Source of the DNA: Candidatus Sericytochromatia bacterium
Lineage (GTDB): Bacteria; Cyanobacteriota; Sericytochromatia; UBA7694
Length of the DNA stretch: 37,130 nucleotides
Direction of reading: 5' to 3'
Assembly (NCBI GenBank): GCA_964229355.1
Contig: CAXRDE010000005.1
Span: 1-37,130, forward strand
A program made the translations under genes and the position numbers. This document shows positions 32,402 through 37,130 of this stretch, piece after piece (the stretch's first letter is position 1; each line of letters begins with the position of its first letter). Below the pieces are notes generated by a model. The model worked only from the letters and a program-made list of their open reading frames with translations. It had not been told where the DNA came from and ran no database searches.

Positions 32402-34621
32402 GTGGCCAACTCCTTAGAAACTCTCAAAAACAAAATCAGCCAACAGATTAACCCCGAAACCTGGGCCAGTTGGAAGCCCCAGGGACTGGGAGAAGTCAAG
32501 CCCCATCACCTCTATGAAACCCTCAAGGTCACCTGGGACAACAAAGACGCCTTGCCCTATGCCTGGAATATTCTTAACAAGGGCGTCTGCGACGGCTGTG
32601 CCCTGGGCACCACCGGCATGAAGGACTTTACCCTCGACGGCTTACACCTGTGTACCGTGCGTTTGAACCTGTTGCGCTTGAATACCATGCCGGCCATGCC
32701 CGCGGACGCCTTAGCAGACGTCGACGCCCTGCGAAAACTGGACAGCAAAGCCTTGCGTGATCTGGGCCGTTTGCCCTTTCCCGTGATGCGTTTTCGTGGC
32801 GAAAAAGGGTTTAAGCGGGTCAGCTGGGAACAGGCCATGCATTACCTGGCCAAAAAAGTTAAAGCCACTTCGCCTGAGCGTTTGGCCTTCTTTTTGACCT
32901 CGCGGGGACTGCTCAACGAAACCTATTACGTGGCCCAAAAAGCTGCCCGTATCATGGGCACCAACCACATCGACAATGCGGCCCGCATCTGCCATTCGCC
33001 CAGCACCACAGCCCTCAAAAGCACCATCGGTGAAGCCGCTTCCACCTGCTCTTACCGAGACTGGTTGGGCACCGACCTGATTCTTTTGATTGGCTCAAAT
33101 ATTGCCAACAACCAACCCGTGACCACCAAATACCTGTATTACGCCAAACAAAAGGGTACCCGTATTGTGGTCATTAACCCCTATAAAGAGCCGGGACTGA
33201 CACGCTACTGGGTGCCCTCAGTACCCGAAAGTGCACTGTTTGGTACCCTGCTCATGGACGAATTTTTTCAGGTGCACACCGGCGGAGACCTGGCCTTTTT
33301 AAACGGCGTGCTCAAGGTGCTACTGGAGCGCGGTGCCATCGACAAGGCATTTATTGAAGCGCGCACTACCGGCATTGAAGCCCTCAAAATCCATCTGGCC
33401 GCCCAAAGCTGGGAAGACCTTGAGCGCTTTTCAGGCGCTCCCCGCTCTGAAATGGAGCGTTTGGCTGACTTATTGGCAGAGGCCAAATCGGCGGTGTTTG
33501 TGTGGAGCATGGGCATTACCCAGCACCAACACGGGGTCGACAATGTCAAAGCCATTGTCAACCTGGCCCTCTCGCAGGGCTTCGTGGGCAAGCCTTTTTC
33601 GGGTCTGATGCCCATTCGCGGCCACAGCGGCGTTCAGGGCGGCGGTGAAATGGGCTGCACGCCGGATCCCTTGCCTGCACGCTTTGCGCAGCAATGGGGC
33701 TTTGAAACCCCTGACTTCCAGGGCTATATGGCGGGCAGTATGCTGGACGCAGCGGCCCAAAAAGCTTTAGACGTTTTTTACTGTGTGGGCGGTAATTTTT
33801 TAGAAACCATGCCCGATCCCGCAGGCATTGAAAAAGCTCTGGCACAGGTACCCGTACGGGTGCATCAGGACATCTTTTTAAGCTCTCAAATGCTGGTGGA
33901 TGCCGAAGAGTGCACTCTGCTCTTGCCCACCACCACCCGCTACGAAATGCCCGGCGGCGGTTGCGAAACCACCACTGAGCGCCAGGTGATTTTCAGCCCC
34001 GAGATTGAAGGCCCCCGCATTGCCGAAGCCCGCACCGAGTGGCAGGTGTTTCAAGAACTGGCCCAACGGGTCAAGCCCGAGATGGCCCATCTAATCAACT
34101 TTGCCGACAGTCAGGCCATTCGCAACGAGATTGAAAACGTCTTCCCCGATTACGCTGGCGTGGCCAGTCTGACCGTACAAGGCGATCATATTCAGTGGGG
34201 CGGCCGCAGCCTGTGTGAGCACAGCTTTCGCACCCCGGACGGCAAAGGCCACTTCACCAACCTGACTGCTCCTGAACAACAGTTAGAGCCAGGGCAATTG
34301 CGGCTGAGCACCCGTCGCGGCAAGCAGTTCAACAGCATGGTACAAATGCAAAAAGACCCCCTCACCGGGGCACGCCGCTTAGACGTGCTCATGGCCGCTG
34401 CCGACATGGCCGAGCGCCAGCTCGACGAAGGCAACGCCATATGCGTGACCTCACCCTACGGCAGCTTATTGGCTCACGCCAAGTCAGCGCCCATTGTACC
34501 GGGCAATGTGCAGGTGCACTGGCCCGAGGGGAATCACCTCTTACCCCCCGATAAGCGGGCCTTAAGTGGCGTCCCTGACTATAACGTGGTGGTTTCTGTG
34601 AAAAAGCACAGCAAAGCATGA
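32402..34621 (+). CDS. molybdopterin oxidoreductase alpha subunit, FdhF-like YdeP family
   Basis: 739 aa with an N-terminal Cys cluster VCDGCALG...HLC, a molybdopterin-dinucleotide-binding core, and a C-terminal MGD-binding beta-barrel. The size and architecture resemble E. coli YdeP. Confidence 0.7.
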   Translation: MANSLETLKNKISQQINPETWASWKPQGLGEVKPHHLYETLKVTWDNKDALPYAWNILNKGVCDGCALGTTGMKDFTLDGLHLCTVRLNLLRLNTMPAMPADALADVDALRKLDSKALRDLGRLPFPVMRFRGEKGFKRVSWEQAMHYLAKKVKATSPERLAFFLTSRGLLNETYYVAQKAARIMGTNHIDNAARICHSPSTTALKSTIGEAASTCSYRDWLGTDLILLIGSNIANNQPVTTKYLYYAKQKGTRIVVINPYKEPGLTRYWVPSVPESALFGTLLMDEFFQVHTGGDLAFLNGVLKVLLERGAIDKAFIEARTTGIEALKIHLAAQSWEDLERFSGAPRSEMERLADLLAEAKSAVFVWSMGITQHQHGVDNVKAIVNLALSQGFVGKPFSGLMPIRGHSGVQGGGEMGCTPDPLPARFAQQWGFETPDFQGYMAGSMLDAAAQKALDVFYCVGGNFLETMPDPAGIEKALAQVPVRVHQDIFLSSQMLVDAEECTLLLPTTTRYEMPGGGCETTTERQVIFSPEIEGPRIAEARTEWQVFQELAQRVKPEMAHLINFADSQAIRNEIENVFPDYAGVASLTVQGDHIQWGGRSLCEHSFRTPDGKGHFTNLTAPEQQLEPGQLRLSTRRGKQFNSMVQMQKDPLTGARRLDVLMAAADMAERQLDEGNAICVTSPYGSLLAHAKSAPIVPGNVQVHWPEGNHLLPPDKRALSGVPDYNVVVSVKKHSKA

Positions 34622-34679
34622 TGCGGTGGGGCTATGTGCCGTGGTATGGTGTGTGAACAAAACTCCATCAAGGTGCATT

Positions 34680-36149
34680 ATGTCAGACACGATTTTTAAA
34701 AAATCCCTTCCTGGACACCGGGCCGTCACCTTACCTGAACCCGGTGTCGAGACCCGTTCTCCCCAGGACCATATTCCGGCCCACTTGTTGCGCAAAACCG
34801 CCGCCGAACTGCCCGAGTTGACCGAACTCGAAGTCAGCCGTCACTTTATTAACCTTTCCCACAAAAATCACGCCATTGATGTGGGTTTTTATCCACTGGG
34901 CTCTTGCACCATGAAGTACAACCCCAAGGTCAACGAAAAAATGGCGGCCTTGCCAGGTTTTGCTGAATTGCACCCTTACCAACCCGAATCCCAGACTCAG
35001 GGTGCCTTACAATTGATGTACGAACTCAAGCACGCCCTGTGCGAGATCACCGGTCTGTCAGACGGTAGCTTACAGCCCGCCGCCGGAGCCCACGGCGAAC
35101 TCACCGGCATGATGATGATCCGTGCCTATCACCAACACCACAACGATCCCGACCGTACCCTGGTATTGGTTCCCGACTCTGCACACGGTACCAATCCTTC
35201 ATCAGCCCGCATGTGCGGTTACGAAGTGGTCACCCTGCGTTCAGATGCCAAAGGCCAGGTGGACATGGATCACCTGCAAGAGCTGATTGCCACTCACGGT
35301 ACACGCATTGCTGGTTTGATGATGACCAACCCCAACACCTTAGGTATTTTTGAAGAGAACATTTTAGAGATCTCTCAACAGATTCACGCCATTGGCGCCC
35401 TGCTGTACTACGATGGCGCCAACCTCAACGCGATTATGGGCATGGCGCGTCCTGGCGACATGGGCTTTGACGTCTTGCACCTGAACCTGCATAAAACCTT
35501 TTCCACCCCCCACGGTGGCGGCGGTCCCGGTGCAGGTCCGGTGTTCGTAAACAGCAAACTGGCACCCTTTTTGCCCGACCCGCGGGTTGAAAAAAATGAA
35601 GATGGCACCTATAGCCTCAAAAGCCACAGCCACAGCATTGGGCGTGTGCGCAGCTTTTATGGCAACTTTGGTGTCCTGGTGCGGGCCTATACTTACATTC
35701 GCGCCATGGGTGCTGCGGGCTTGAAGCAAGCCAGTCAAGACGCCGTGCTCAACGCCAATTACCTGCGCAGCGCCCTCAAAACCATGTACCCACTGCCCCA
35801 CGACGATGCGCCCTGTATGCATGAGTTTGTTTTGTCAGCCCAGCCTATCAAAAAAGAGTACGGTGTCAACGCCCTCTCGATTGGCAAGCGCTTGATTGAT
35901 TTCGGCTTTCATCCGCCCACCGTTTACTTCCCCTTGATTGTGCCTGAGGCCCTGATGATTGAACCCACCGAAACCGAAGGCAAACGCCGCCTGGATCAAT
36001 TTATTTCGGCCATGACCCAGATTCATCAGGAAATTCAGAACGAACCTGACATGGTAAATGAGGCCCCTCACCACGCCGAAATTCGTCGGGTGAACGAAGC
36101 CGGAGCGAACCGCAACCCCCGCGTTAACGCCTTCGCTCAGGAGTCTTAA
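34680..36149 (+). CDS. gcvPB: glycine dehydrogenase (decarboxylating) subunit 2
   Basis: PLP-lysine block HLNLHKTFSTPHGGGGPGAGP. ATG 34680 (MSDTIFKK) is preferred to GTG 34626. Confidence 0.9.
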   Translation: MSDTIFKKSLPGHRAVTLPEPGVETRSPQDHIPAHLLRKTAAELPELTELEVSRHFINLSHKNHAIDVGFYPLGSCTMKYNPKVNEKMAALPGFAELHPYQPESQTQGALQLMYELKHALCEITGLSDGSLQPAAGAHGELTGMMMIRAYHQHHNDPDRTLVLVPDSAHGTNPSSARMCGYEVVTLRSDAKGQVDMDHLQELIATHGTRIAGLMMTNPNTLGIFEENILEISQQIHAIGALLYYDGANLNAIMGMARPGDMGFDVLHLNLHKTFSTPHGGGGPGAGPVFVNSKLAPFLPDPRVEKNEDGTYSLKSHSHSIGRVRSFYGNFGVLVRAYTYIRAMGAAGLKQASQDAVLNANYLRSALKTMYPLPHDDAPCMHEFVLSAQPIKKEYGVNALSIGKRLIDFGFHPPTVYFPLIVPEALMIEPTETEGKRRLDQFISAMTQIHQEIQNEPDMVNEAPHHAEIRRVNEAGANRNPRVNAFAQES

Positions 36150-36153
36150 GCCC

Positions 36154-37014
36154 ATGGGAACCGGCCTACTGAACGACGACCGCTTCACGATTTACACCAT
36201 GTCTGACTCCACCGGGCAAACGGCAGAAACCCTTTCAAAGGCTGCCATTCGCCAGTTTAAAGGCACCTCAGACATCAAACACACAGCCCTGCCCCGCATT
36301 ACGCGGCCAGAGCAAATTGACAAAATCATTGAGGTCTTATCGCAAAGTGGGCCTTGCATGGTGGCTTACACCCTGTCAGTACCCAGCTTAAAAGAGCTGC
36401 TGCAAGAGCGGGCTGCAGAAGCGGGTATTACGGTGGTGGATCTGCTTAACCCCCTGATTCATACCATCAGCAGCGCCCTCAACATTGCCCCCCCACACCG
36501 TGAAGGCGGCATTTTGCGGGAGCTGGACGAAGAGTATTACCGACGCATTGAAAGCGTGGAATTCGCCATTCGTTTTGACGACGGCAAAGATCCTAAAGGC
36601 CTGGAGTTAGCAGATATTATCCTGGTGGGCGTATCACGGACCTCAAAAACCCCCACCTGCATGTTTTTGGCCCAAAACTACGCCAAAAAAGTCTGCAATA
36701 ACCCCCTGCTTTTTGGGCACACGCCCCCCAAAGAGCTGTTTGAAAACAAACACAAAGCGATTGGCTTAAAAGTACGTCCTGAAGTGCTACTAGACATTCG
36801 TAAGGCAAGGGTACAAAGCCTCGGCTTGCCCAACAATGCCATCTATGCCCAAGAGGCCCAGATCGAAAAAGAACTGGCCTTTGCCCGCGATGTCATGGAG
36901 CAACTGGGCTGCCCGGTGGTAGACGTGTCCCATAAAGCCATCGAAGAAACCGCTTCAGAAATCATACATTTGCGTTACCCCAAGCCCATTACCCGCAAAA
37001 TTAAATCGGTGTAA
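36154..37014 (+). CDS. ppsR: PEP synthase / pyruvate-phosphate dikinase regulatory protein (DUF299 kinase-pyrophosphorylase)
   Basis: FTIYTMSDSTGQTAETL aligns with E. coli PpsR HVFYISDGTAITAEVL. ILVGVSRTSKTPT aligns with ILLGVSRCGKTPT. Confidence 0.85.
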   Translation: MGTGLLNDDRFTIYTMSDSTGQTAETLSKAAIRQFKGTSDIKHTALPRITRPEQIDKIIEVLSQSGPCMVAYTLSVPSLKELLQERAAEAGITVVDLLNPLIHTISSALNIAPPHREGGILRELDEEYYRRIESVEFAIRFDDGKDPKGLELADIILVGVSRTSKTPTCMFLAQNYAKKVCNNPLLFGHTPPKELFENKHKAIGLKVRPEVLLDIRKARVQSLGLPNNAIYAQEAQIEKELAFARDVMEQLGCPVVDVSHKAIEETASEIIHLRYPKPITRKIKSV

Positions 37015-37015
37015 C

Positions 37016-37130
37016 ATGAAACCCGCCAGCCCCTTACAAAGGTATTTGCTGGGCGGTTGTCTTTGGCTGATTATCTGCACAATGGCCCCCGCCGCTCAGG
37101 GCGCTTGCGAAAGTCAATTTTTAAGCACAC
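37016..37130 (+). CDS. 5' end of a gene for a secreted protein (partial, runs off window)
   Basis: ATG at 37016 followed by a signal-peptide-like sequence MKPASPLQRYLLGGCLWLIICTMAPAAQGA. Confidence 0.35.
   Translation, partial: MKPASPLQRYLLGGCLWLIICTMAPAAQGACESQFLST

Noticed and set aside
33268-34795. Series of 60-115-aa minus-strand ORFs within the molybdopterin oxidoreductase and gcvPB
   Set aside because: They overlap strongly supported plus-strand genes and are Arg/Ala/Pro-rich shadow frames.
1-37130. CRISPR array or other tandem repeat arrays
   Set aside because: No regularly spaced direct repeats of 25-40 bp were seen anywhere. The only notable dispersed repeat is the 18-bp pair at 28237 and 29142.

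Overview
This 37.1-kb window is a bacterial chromosomal segment with medium-high G+C (well over 50% by eye, with local dips). About 40 protein-coding genes lie on both strands. No rRNA, tRNA or CRISPR array was found.

Housekeeping and metabolic genes recognised from hallmark motifs:
- Bacillus-type 1-pyrroline-5-carboxylate dehydrogenase (RocA/PruA)
- alanine racemase
- shikimate-kinase-like P-loop kinase
- glycine dehydrogenase subunit 2 (GcvPB)
- DUF299 PpsR-like kinase/pyrophosphorylase
- a YdeP/FdhF-like molybdopterin oxidoreductase
- a Rieske oxygenase
- an MscS-family channel
- an MMPL/RND transporter
- an M23 peptidase
- an ADP-ribosylglycohydrolase
- an SGNH hydrolase
- a cytochrome c lipoprotein
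- an NHL-repeat lipoprotein
- a GT41 (OGT-like) glycosyltransferase
- an AstE/AspA-family deacylase

The left 4 kb is an accessory region. It is AT-richer and carries a small peptide gene with a strong intrinsic terminator and a Ser/Pro-rich lipoprotein. An apparently intact IS200/IS605-family insertion sequence follows: a Y1 HuH transposase TnpA plus the RNA-guided nuclease TnpB, with the expected omega-RNA region 3' of tnpB. Start-less ORF fragments flank its left end.

The signal I rate most interesting is a roughly 0.9-kb segment at 28.2–29.2 kb that is about one-third G+C and carries only a GNAT acetyltransferase. It is bracketed by an exact 18-bp direct repeat (CCTGAGATTGTACCTGTA). Outside that repeat sits a diverged, same-strand duplicate of the last ~33 codons, stop included, of the neighbouring B12-binding radical-SAM/TPR gene. 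This is the footprint of site-specific integration into the 3' end of that protein-coding gene.

Other points worth a second look:
- a secreted M1-aminopeptidase-like protein in which all gluzincin zinc ligands are substituted
- the non-canonical CX4CX2C cluster in the radical-SAM enzyme
- a tightly coupled deacylase / OGT-like / shikimate-kinase operon
- an ADP-ribosylglycohydrolase–M23 peptidase bicistron
- an orphan gcvPB following a molybdoenzyme gene
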